From an uncultured Gemmatimonadales bacterium (GTDB taxonomy: Bacteria > Gemmatimonadota > Gemmatimonadetes > Gemmatimonadales > GWC2-71-9), in contig CAWJMT010000009.1 of the NCBI GenBank assembly GCA_963844035.1, forward strand, positions 64,001 to 128,000: a DNA stretch of 64,000 nucleotides, written 5' to 3'. The position numbers and the translations under genes were made by a program. Positions 31,337 to 39,923 of this stretch are shown here, piece by piece (the first letter of the stretch is position 1; the number at the start of each line of letters is the position of its first letter). Below the pieces are notes generated by a model that was not told the DNA's origin, searched no databases, and saw nothing but the letters and a program-made list of their open reading frames with translations.

Positions 31337-32723
31337 ATGGAGCAGTCCACAAAAGAAGCTTGGAAGCGCCTGCTCGACGAGGCGCGCCGTGAACTACCCG
31401 ACGCGACGGTGCGGACGTGGCTCGAGCCTATTGAGCCGATCGCACTGGACGACGGTCGACTGCTCGTCGGCGCGCCCGATCAGTTCGCCGTGGAGTGGAA
31501 CGAGTCGAAACACGCCGGCGTGCTCGCGCGCGCCGCGGAGCGCGTTTTCGGCCGGCCCACCACCGTGGTGTTCCGCGTCCAGGAAGATCGCCAGCAGCGC
31601 CCGCAGATGGACTTCTTCGTCGCTCCGCGTGAAGCTGCCCGCGGGAACCGAGAAGCCATCCGCCGCCACGACGCCGCTCAACGAGCGCTACACGTTCCAG
31701 ACGTTCGTGATCGGCAAATCGAACGAGCTGGCCGCGGCCGCGGCGCACGCCGTCGCGGAAGCGCCCGGCAAGACCTACAACCCCCTGTTCATCTACGGCG
31801 CCACCGGCCTGGGCAAGACGCACCTGATGCAGGCGATCGCCCACGCCGTCCTGCAGCACAATCCCGGGACGCGGTTGCAGTACTTCGGCGCCGAGCAGTT
31901 CATCAACGAAGTGATCGAATCGATTCACGCCCGCACGATGTCGGAGTTCCGGCGGCGCTATCGCAACGACGTGGACCTCTTCCTGGTGGACGATGTGCAT
32001 TTCCTCGAAGGCAAGGAAATGACGCAGGAGGAATTCTTCCACACCTTCAACGCGCTGTTCGAAGCCCACAAGCAGATCGTCCTGACGTCCGATCGCCCAC
32101 CGAAGGAGATCCCGGGCCTCGAGGACCGGCTGATTTCGCGGTTCGAGTGGGGCATGGTGGCGGACATCGGCCACCCGGATCTCGAGCACCGCATCGCGAT
32201 CCTGCGGAAGAAGGCGGAGCAGGACCACCTCGAGCTGACCATTCCGGACGACGTGCTCCGCTTTATCGCCGAGCATGTGCGGTCGAGCGTGCGCGAGCTC
32301 GAGGGCTGCATCATCAAGCTGTTGCTGTTCGCCTCGCTCAGGAATCGCGAGGTCACGATCGAGCTCGCCCGCGAGGCGCTGTCGGACAAGATCCGGCAGG
32401 GGGAGGACAGCGCATCGTACGCCGACCAATCGACGCCCAGCATCGATCGTGTCCAGGAAGTGGTGGCGCGCCGCTGGGGCGTCACGCCGGAGGGGCTGCG
32501 CTCCAAGGTCCGCACCAAGACGCTGACGATTCCCCGTCAGGTGGCGATGTACCTGGCGCGCAACATGCTGGGGATGCAGCTCGTCGAGATCGGCCAGGCG
32601 TTCGGCGGGCGCGATCACTCCACCGTGATCCACTCAGTGGACAAGGTCGAGCGACAAATGATCCGGGATCGCATGTTCAAGGAGCGCGTGGAAATGGCGC
32701 GACAGGAGTTGTCCGCACTGTAG
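31337..32723 (+). CDS. dnaA: Chromosomal replication initiator DnaA, frameshift near 31630
   Basis: YTFQTFVIGKSN, YNPLFIYG..GLGKTHL, QEEFFHTFN, RQVAMYL, GGRDHSTVIH. Confidence 0.97.
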
Positions 32724-32940
32724 CGCACATGTGTGTAAGGGGATGTGAACGCTGTGGGCAGAGCGCGCATTCCTGTGGGGAACCGTCGAACGGCCAACAG
32801 TCCCAACAGCGGGCCCACATGAGGTGGCGCATGTACGCAGCGTGGCAGTCGTCGCTTAGCGCGACTCAACACATTCCCCCAGTCTCTACTACTACTACTA
32901 TTATTTATATAGTATAGAAGTAGGTACTTCTTCCCTCATT
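32724..32940. other. oriC: Replication origin oriC (DnaA boxes, DnaA-trios, AT-rich unwinding element)
   Basis: dnaA-dnaN intergenic; degenerate boxes (TGTGTGTAA 32730, TGTGGGGAA 32774); (CTA)x5 at 32886-32900 followed by TTATTTATATAGTATAG. Confidence 0.8.
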
Positions 32941-32958
32941 CGAATGCAGCGGGATGGC

Positions 32959-34065
32959 ATGAAGTTCACGATCGCGCGCGAGCAGTTACAGGAAGGCATG
33001 GCCGCTGTAGCAGCAGCCATCCCGGCGAAGACCACGCTCCCGGTCCTCGCCAATGTCCTGGTTGAGGCAGGTAAGCACGGGCTGCGCCTGTCCGGCACCG
33101 ACCTCGACATCGCCGTGAGCACCACCGTCCCCGCCGAGGTCGATGCCGAGGGCGCGGTGACCCTCCCCGCGAAAAAACTGATCGACATCGCTCGCGAGCT
33201 GCCGAGCGGACCTGTGCGCGTGACCGCCGCCGGCGAGTCGCGCGTCTCGATCGAGTGCGGGCGCTCGAAGTTCAAGCTGCTGGGCTTGCCCCGCGAGGAG
33301 TTCCCGTCCTTCCCCGCCGTGAAGTTCGACGGCGCCTGGAAAGCCGCGGCGGGAGTCGTGCAGAAGCTGGTGGGGCACGTCGCGTTCGCCGCGTCCACCG
33401 AAGAGAGCCGGCCGATCCTGAACGGCGTGCTGTGGGAGCTGCGCGCCGACCGCATGCGGATGGTGGCGACGAACGGCCACCGCCTGGCCAAGATGGACGT
33501 GCCGGCGAGCGGCGGCTCGACCGCCGACCTCATCGTCCCGCCCAAGGCGCTGGAGCAGATCCGTCGCTTGATGGCCGGCGATGCCGACATGGAAATTGCG
33601 CGCAGCGACAACCATATCGGCTTCCGGGCGGGCAGCACGCTCGTGTTCTCGCGGCTCATCGAAGGGCCCTATCCGAACTACGAGCAGGTGATTCCGAAGG
33701 AGAACGACAAGTCGGCGACGGTGGACCGCATGGCGATGGCGGCCGCGCTGCGGCGCATGAGCGTGGTCGCGAGCGACCAGACGCACCGCATCCGGCTCGC
33801 GTTCTCAGGCGGAGCAGTGAAGTTTTCGGTCCAGACGCCGGATCTCGGTGAGGCCCAGGACGAGCTCGCCGTGACCTACGAGGGCGAACCCCTCGAAATC
33901 GGGTTCAACGCGATGTACCTGCTCGAGATCCTCAAGTTCATGCCGACCGACGAAGTGCGCCTCACGTTCAAGGCCCCCGAACGCGCGGCGACCATCGAGC
34001 CGGTCGGATGGGACGACCCGGCGAGCTACATGGCGCTGGTCATGCCGCTCCGTCTCGTGGATTGA
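32959..34065 (+). CDS. dnaN: DNA polymerase III beta sliding clamp
   Basis: TLPVLANVL, GTDLDI, SRPILNGV, VATNGHRLA, EGPYPNY, LVMPLR. Confidence 0.97.
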   Translation: MKFTIAREQLQEGMAAVAAAIPAKTTLPVLANVLVEAGKHGLRLSGTDLDIAVSTTVPAEVDAEGAVTLPAKKLIDIARELPSGPVRVTAAGESRVSIECGRSKFKLLGLPREEFPSFPAVKFDGAWKAAAGVVQKLVGHVAFAASTEESRPILNGVLWELRADRMRMVATNGHRLAKMDVPASGGSTADLIVPPKALEQIRRLMAGDADMEIARSDNHIGFRAGSTLVFSRLIEGPYPNYEQVIPKENDKSATVDRMAMAAALRRMSVVASDQTHRIRLAFSGGAVKFSVQTPDLGEAQDELAVTYEGEPLEIGFNAMYLLEILKFMPTDEVRLTFKAPERAATIEPVGWDDPASYMALVMPLRLVD

Positions 34066-34150
34066 CGGCCGCGGGGCCGTCCTCGGCCCCACTTTGCCGT
34101 CCCGATCCGTCCCGCGTTATCATTCTGGCCCATTTCGAGCCGGAGTTCGT

Positions 34151-35449
34151 GTGCCCGTAACACCAGTCGCACTGGGAGAATTCGCGAGCGTCGGCTCGGA
34201 GCTCCGGCTCATGTCCCATCGAGTGACCGCCGTGGCCCTCGGCGCCGCCACCCGGTACGAGGGAGGGGCGCTCACGGTCTCGGCGGCCGAGCTGCGCGCG
34301 GTGCTCGCCAACAGCGCGATCGCGGACTTCCGCGTCTCATGGGTCTCGCCCGGAGACTCAGCCCGCATTGTGAAAGTGCTCGACGTGGTCGAGCCTCGCA
34401 CCAAGGGGACCGGCGGCGCGGGAATCTTCCCGGGCTTTCTGGCGCTCCCGCCGCTCGAGGGCACAGGGGTGACTCACGTCCTCCGCGGGACCGCGGTGAT
34501 CGCCGCGGGCTACCTGCCACGGGCCCAGGAAGCCGTCATCGACATGTCGGGGCCGGGCGCCGCGCTCACGCCGTTCGGTGCGACCCACAACCTCGTCGTC
34601 GAGTTCACGCCTGCCGAGGGAGCGTCGTGGGAAAGCGTCGACATCGCCGTGCGTCTCGGCGTATTGAAGGTCGCCGCGCTGCTCGCCGGGGCCGCGCTCG
34701 ACGCGCCGCCGGACGAGGTGGTCACGCTTCCCGCGATCCCGCACGCCCGAGCGAGCGGCCTCCCGCGCGTCGGCGCCATCACCAATCTGCAAACGCAGGG
34801 CACGTTCAAGGACATCTTCGTGCACGGTAAGAGCTTCAGCCGCTCGGCGCCGACCCTGATCGATCCCAACGAGCTGCACGACGGCGCGGTCGTGAGCGGC
34901 CAATTCGGCCACCCGGCGCTCAAGAATCCGACGTACATGCATCAGAACCATCCCGTGGTGGCCGAGCTGCGGCGCCGGGACGGCAAGGATCTCGAGTTCG
35001 CCGGACTGATCCTGGCCCCGGAGCCGGTCGAGGCGGAGCAGAAAGAACGCGTGTCGAAGCAGGCGGCCGAGCTGTGCGCTGCCGCGAACTTCGCAGCCGT
35101 CGTGATCACCAAGGAAGGCGGCGGGAACGCGGACGCCGATATCTCCCTGAAGATGGACGCCCTGACCGAGTTCGGAATCGGATCGGTGGGGCTGTTCGCC
35201 GAGATGGCGGGCGCCGAAGGGACGGCGCCGTCGCTCGTCGTGCCTCCGGACAAGGGCACCGCGCTGATCAGCACGGGAAACTATGACGAGGTGGTGCGCC
35301 TGCCGGGTGTCGCGCGTGCGCTGGGGGGCGACACGATCGACGTGGCCAGCACGGCCGCGACCGCGGAGGTCGATCTGCCCACCGCGGTGCTGTACTGCTC
35401 GCTCTCGCCGATCGGCGCCGGGCGGCTCACCTGTCGCGAGGCGGCATGA
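34151..35449 (+). CDS. Glycine/sarcosine/betaine reductase component B alpha/beta subunit homologue (GrdE/G/I family)
   Basis: PGDSARIVKVLDVVEPR, IDMSGPGA, PNELHDGAVVSG, KNPTYMHQNHP, EGGGNADAD, ISTGN. Confidence 0.85.
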   Translation: MPVTPVALGEFASVGSELRLMSHRVTAVALGAATRYEGGALTVSAAELRAVLANSAIADFRVSWVSPGDSARIVKVLDVVEPRTKGTGGAGIFPGFLALPPLEGTGVTHVLRGTAVIAAGYLPRAQEAVIDMSGPGAALTPFGATHNLVVEFTPAEGASWESVDIAVRLGVLKVAALLAGAALDAPPDEVVTLPAIPHARASGLPRVGAITNLQTQGTFKDIFVHGKSFSRSAPTLIDPNELHDGAVVSGQFGHPALKNPTYMHQNHPVVAELRRRDGKDLEFAGLILAPEPVEAEQKERVSKQAAELCAAANFAAVVITKEGGGNADADISLKMDALTEFGIGSVGLFAEMAGAEGTAPSLVVPPDKGTALISTGNYDEVVRLPGVARALGGDTIDVASTAATAEVDLPTAVLYCSLSPIGAGRLTCREAA

Positions 35450-36729
35450 GCCGGGTCGTCCACTACCTCAATCAGTTCTTCGCCGGGTTCGGCGGCGAGA
35501 ATGCCGCGTCGACTCCTCCCGGCGTCAAGCCGGGATCGGTGGGCCCCGGCAAGAAGCTTCAGGAGTTTCTCGGGGCGGAGCACGAGATCGTCGCGACCGT
35601 GTATTGCGGCGACGACCTCGCCGCGGCCAGCACCGACGCGATTGCAGCCGTGCTCGAGCTGGTGGTCCAGGCACGCCCCGACATCGTCATCGCCGGTCCC
35701 GCGTCGACGAGCGGCCGCTACGGTGTCGCGTGCGCACGCGTTGCGGCCGCAGCTGCGCGCGCCGGCATCCCGGCGATCGCGTCCATGCATCCCGAGAACC
35801 CCGGCCTCGACGACGCCGGCACCGCCGCCGTGGTCGCGAGCGGCGCGTCGGTTCGCGAGATGGGCGCGAGCCTGGAGCGATTGGGCCGCGCGGCCCGCAA
35901 GCGCTTGGCCGGAGAGCCGCTTACCGAAGCGGACGGCAGAATCGGGAAGGTCCCGCGCAAGAACGTGCTGGTCGATCGCAACGCGGCGAGCCGTGCGGTG
36001 GACCTGCTGCTCGCGCGGTTGAACGGGCGCGACGAGCCTGCCGAGGTCCCGATCCCGCGCTTCGATCACGTAGCCCCTGCCCCACCGGTGGCGGACGCGG
36101 CTCAGGCGGTGGTCGCGCTGGTGACCGAGAGCGGCCTCGTCCCCGTCGGCAACCCGGACCGGCTCGAGTCCGCGCGCGCGACCCGTTGGCTGCACTACTC
36201 GATCGCAGGGAAAGCGACGGCGCCGGCGGGAGAGTACATGTCGGTGCACGGCGGCTACTCCACGGTCTGGGCGAACCAGGACCCCAACCGTCTGTTGCCG
36301 CTCGACGTGGCACGCGAGCTCGAGAAGGAAGGCCTCATCGGCTCGCTGCACGGTGAGTACCTCGTGACCACGGGGAACGGCACCACCGTGCCGAATGCGC
36401 GCCGCTTCGGCGTCGAGTGGGCGGCGGAGCTGCGACGCGCGGGGATCACCGCCGCGATCCTGACCGCCACGTGAGGGACCGGAACGCGTTGCGGGTCAAC
36501 GCTTGCGAAGGAGCTCGAGCGGGCCGGGATTCCGACGGCGGTGCTCTGCAACCTCGTATCGGTGGCGGAGCGCGTGGGGGCCGTGCGCATCGTTCCCACC
36601 CGCGGCATCCCGTACCCGACGGGCGATCCGTCGCTGCCGCCCGCCGAGGAGCGCGCGTGGCGGCGCACGCTCATGCTCCGGGCGCTGAAGGCGATCGCGA
36701 CGCCGGTCACCGGGCCGACGCAGTTCTGA
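35446..36729 (+). CDS. grdB: Reductase selenoprotein B (GrdB/F/H family), Sec at UGA 36472-36474
   Basis: VVHYLNQFFAG, HGGY, DPNRLLPLD, TTGNGT; frame continues through TGA as LTAT-U-GTGTRCGSTLAKELERAGIP...IPYPTGDP. Confidence 0.9.
36486..36502 (+). promoter_or_regulatory. Bacterial SECIS element for grdB
   Basis: 17-nt hairpin GCGTTG-CGGGT-CAACGC starting 11 nt after the in-frame TGA. Confidence 0.7.
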
Positions 36730-36730
36730 C

Positions 36731-38152
36731 GTGAGCGGATTCCCCGTTATCTCCGCGGCGAGCCAGGTGCTCGCCCATACGCCCGGCCTCGCACGCCACG
36801 GGTCGAAGCCAAGCCGCGAGCTGCCGAAGGACGCGGCCGTCGAGCGCGCCTTCCTCGCGGCGCTGCGCGATTTCGAGCACGCGGTGAGTTACCCGGCCCA
36901 TCAGGCGTATCTCGGCGCGATCCACCCGCGCGACCTGCCGCCCCGGCCCTGGGCGAATTGCCTGTCGAGCGCTGCCTCGCGCTTTACCCCTGACGGCGAG
37001 ATCATGCCCGAAGAGGAGTTCCTGGGCCTGCTCGCCGCGATCGACGAGTTCAGCCTGCTGACGCTCGAGCCCGCCGTCGCCGACCGCGCGGGCGCCGCGT
37101 TGGCGCAGCACCCCCTCGGCTCGCGGCTCAAGCTCGGCCGGCTCGAGCAGGCGCGCGGGAACGGCGGCGACGCGGGGGCGTTGCCGTTGTTCGTCGGGAC
37201 GCACCCCGCCGGCGCAATGAAGCGGGCACACGACACGGATGAGGCGCTGACCGCCGGCGTGCTGCTCGAGAACCTCTGCGGCAAGGGCACCGCCACCCTG
37301 GCGTTGCTGCGGCTGCTGCACGCCAATGACATCGACCCGGCCTCCATCGACTACGTCCTGGGATGCGGCGAAGAAGCGATCGGCGATCGCTACCAGCGGG
37401 GGGGCGGCAATCTCGCCAAGGCGGTCGCGGAGTCCGCTGGGTTGACCGAGGCCTCGGGCGCCGACATCAAGGACTTCTGCGCCGCGCCGGTGCCGGCGCT
37501 CGTGATCGCGGCGAGTCTCGTATCGGCGGGCGTCTTCCGGCGGGTCGCGGTCGTGGCCGGCGGCTCGCTCGCCAAGCTCGGTATGAAGTTTCAAGGCCAC
37601 CTGGCCAAGGGCCTGCCGGTGCTGGAGGACGTCCTGGGTGGAGCCGCGGCGCTGGTCGAGGCGGACAACGGAGCATCGCCGGTCATTCGACTCGACGCCG
37701 TCGGGCGGCACCGCGTCGCGGCGGGAGGATCGAATCAGCAGATCATGGAGGCGCTCGCGATCGAGCCGCTGGCTCGCATCGGGTTGTCGCTGACCGCCGT
37801 CGACGACTTTGCGACGGAGCTCCACAACCCTGAGGTCACGGAGAGCGCGGGTTCGGGGAACGTGCCCGACCGGAACTATCGCACCATTGCCGCACTCGGG
37901 GTCCGCCGGGGCGACATCCCCCGCGACCAGATGGACGCCTTCGTTCGGGACCGGGGCATGACGGGGTTCTCGCCGACCCAGGGTCACCTGGCATCCGCGC
38001 TCTGTTATCTTCCCCACGCGCTGCGCCGCATCAAGAGCGGGGCGGCCGAGCGAGCCATGCTGATCGCCAAGGGCAGCCTGTTCCTGGGTCGCATGTGCCA
38101 GTTGTCGGACGGAATGTCGGTCATACTCGAACGCAATCCACGAGGAGCGTGA
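36731..38152 (+). CDS. grdC: Glycine reductase component C beta subunit (FabH-like)
   Basis: LENLCGK, CGEEAIGDRYQRGGGNLAK, FCAAP, AKLGM, ELHNPEVT, GFSPTQGH, KGSLFLGRM..LSDG. Confidence 0.9.
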   Translation: MSGFPVISAASQVLAHTPGLARHGSKPSRELPKDAAVERAFLAALRDFEHAVSYPAHQAYLGAIHPRDLPPRPWANCLSSAASRFTPDGEIMPEEEFLGLLAAIDEFSLLTLEPAVADRAGAALAQHPLGSRLKLGRLEQARGNGGDAGALPLFVGTHPAGAMKRAHDTDEALTAGVLLENLCGKGTATLALLRLLHANDIDPASIDYVLGCGEEAIGDRYQRGGGNLAKAVAESAGLTEASGADIKDFCAAPVPALVIAASLVSAGVFRRVAVVAGGSLAKLGMKFQGHLAKGLPVLEDVLGGAAALVEADNGASPVIRLDAVGRHRVAAGGSNQQIMEALAIEPLARIGLSLTAVDDFATELHNPEVTESAGSGNVPDRNYRTIAALGVRRGDIPRDQMDAFVRDRGMTGFSPTQGHLASALCYLPHALRRIKSGAAERAMLIAKGSLFLGRMCQLSDGMSVILERNPRGA

Positions 38153-38155
38153 ACG

Positions 38156-38500
38156 GTGGCTGGTGCGCTTGCCGAGGCGACGAAGGAGAACTTTCGGGAT
38201 GTGGTTGCGAGCGGATGGGTCCTCGTGGACGTGTGGGGACCCCAGTGCGCGCCCTGCATCGCGTTGATGCCCGACGTCGAAGCGCTGGCGCAGGCGCGGC
38301 ACGACGTGACATTCGTCAAGCTCGACAGCACGCAGGCCCGGCGGCTGTGCATGGAGCTGCGCGTGATGGGCTTGCCGGCCTTCCTGCTGTTTCAGGACGG
38401 CCAGGAAGTGGGGCGTATCGGCGGACAGGATATCAATGCGGCGCGGTTGACGACGTGGCTGGATGAAACCCTCACGGCGAATCGAAAGGAGGGGAACTAG
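38156..38500 (+). CDS. Thioredoxin of the reductase operon
   Basis: VDVWGPQCAPC, LRVMGLPAF. Confidence 0.9.
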   Translation: MAGALAEATKENFRDVVASGWVLVDVWGPQCAPCIALMPDVEALAQARHDVTFVKLDSTQARRLCMELRVMGLPAFLLFQDGQEVGRIGGQDINAARLTTWLDETLTANRKEGN

Positions 38501-38504
38501 CGGC

Positions 38505-38969
38505 ATGCTCAAAGAACGACTGGTCATCGCCCTGGGAGAGCGGGACGGGCTCTCGGGTCCGGCGATCGCTGCGTGCGTGACGGCGGCGGGCGGAACCGTC
38601 GCGTTTGTCGCGACGGAGTGCTTCGTCTGAACGGCGTCGGGCGCCATGGACGTGCAGAGCCAGGACGCGATTAAGCGCCTGGCGGATCAGCACGGCAAAG
38701 ACAAGCTGCTGGTTGTCCTCGGTTCACCAGATGCGGAAAGCGCCGAGATCGCAGCCGAAACTGTCGTGCTGGGAGATCCCTCGTATGCAGGTCCTCTGGC
38801 GGGAGCCCAGTTGGGGCTTATGGTGCATCACATGCTGGACCCGGAAATCCGCGCGCAGGTGCCGGCGGATGTCTGGGAGGAACAGATCGGAGTGATGGCC
38901 GACGTCTTGAACGCCGGGGCGTTGACTGCTGCCGTCGCAGCGATGCGGGCACGGGGGGCGGGCGCGTAG
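38505..38969 (+). CDS. grdA: Reductase selenoprotein A, Sec at UGA 38628-38630 (codon 42)
   Basis: Hand translation MLKERLVIALGERDG...TECFV-U-TASGAMD...AETVVLGDPSYAGPLAG...WEEQIGVM; RBS AGGAGG. Confidence 0.92.
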
Positions 38970-39127
38970 ACACACTACGGCGCCCGCCGTTCGTGTCACG
39001 GGGTCAGATCGACCGAATCGCCGACTGTGTATCACCCATGCTGTCCCTGAGCGCATCCGTCACCAGCGAGTCCGCCACGTTGTCCGTCATCTGTCCGCTA
39101 CACTGTCTTCCACCGGAAGCACGACGT

Positions 39128-39892
39128 TCAGAGAATCGAGCGCGAGCGCGGGTTCAAGGGCACGATCGGCGTGGTGTCACTCTCCTCCACCTCCCGCGGC
39201 ACGAGGACATCCACGCCGTGATAGCGGGCGAGGATCAGGGCGCGCCTGGCCAGCATCCGATCGGACTGGTAGCGGGGATTGGAGCTGCGTGGATGCGGCA
39301 ACGTTGCGACGAGTGCGGCGGCCGCGCCCTCGCCGAGCCGGGACGGGGGCACGCCGAAGTAGCTCCGGCTCGCCGCCTGAACCCCCCAGATACCCGGGCC
39401 CCACTCCGCCACGTTCAGATAGAGCTCAAGGATTCGCGCCTTGGGGAGCGCCAGCTCGAGCCGGAACGCAGTCACCGCCTCCTTCACCTTGCGTAGCAGG
39501 CTCCGTGACGGCGAGAGGTAGAGATTCTTGGCGAGCTGTTGGGTGATGGTGCTCGCTCCCCGCATCCGGTCGCGCCGTCGCCACACCGTCCGCGCAACGC
39601 TCCAGACGCCCCGGCCCTGCTCGATCCCCAACGCGTCCGCCATTTCCGCCGGGTCGAATCCGTGGTGCGTCCAGAAGCGTGAGTCTTCCCCGATAACGAC
39701 CATGCGTTGGAGCGCGGGGGAGATCTCGGCAAGGGGAGTTGGACGTACCCTGCCCGCCTGCCCGCCCACCCGCCTTCCCGCCGCCTCTCTCATCATCGCC
39801 GTCTCGCGCGGCCAATGATCGCGCCACCAAATCGGCGGCGGCCAGACGCCGAACAGCCACACGACGCACAGTGCGCCTATCCCTAGCGCCAT
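39128..39892 (-). CDS. mtgA: Monofunctional peptidoglycan transglycosylase (3' tail possibly frameshifted)
   Basis: EDSRFWTHHGFD, GASTITQQLAKNLYL, RKVKE, ILELYLNVAEWG. Confidence 0.9.
   Translation of the reverse strand: MALGIGALCVVWLFGVWPPPIWWRDHWPRETAMMREAAGRRVGGQAGRVRPTPLAEISPALQRMVVIGEDSRFWTHHGFDPAEMADALGIEQGRGVWSVARTVWRRRDRMRGASTITQQLAKNLYLSPSRSLLRKVKEAVTAFRLELALPKARILELYLNVAEWGPGIWGVQAASRSYFGVPPSRLGEGAAAALVATLPHPRSSNPRYQSDRMLARRALILARYHGVDVLVPREVEESDTTPIVPLNPRSRSIL
39751..39782. repeat. 8-bp tandem array inside mtgA
   Basis: TGCCCGCC x2, CACCCGCC, TTCCCGCC. Confidence 0.7.
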
Positions 39893-39923
39893 CCGGCGCG
39901 CCTTCCTAGGTTTTCCGTCCGCC

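Noticed and set aside
27450..32723. Programmed frameshifting or pseudogenes in mnmE, yidC, dnaA
   Set aside because: Core genes with no obvious slippery sites; assembly indels are more parsimonious
36472..38630. grdB and grdA as pseudogenes with premature stops
   Set aside because: Both TGA codons fall exactly at the known Sec positions and grdB has a SECIS-like hairpin
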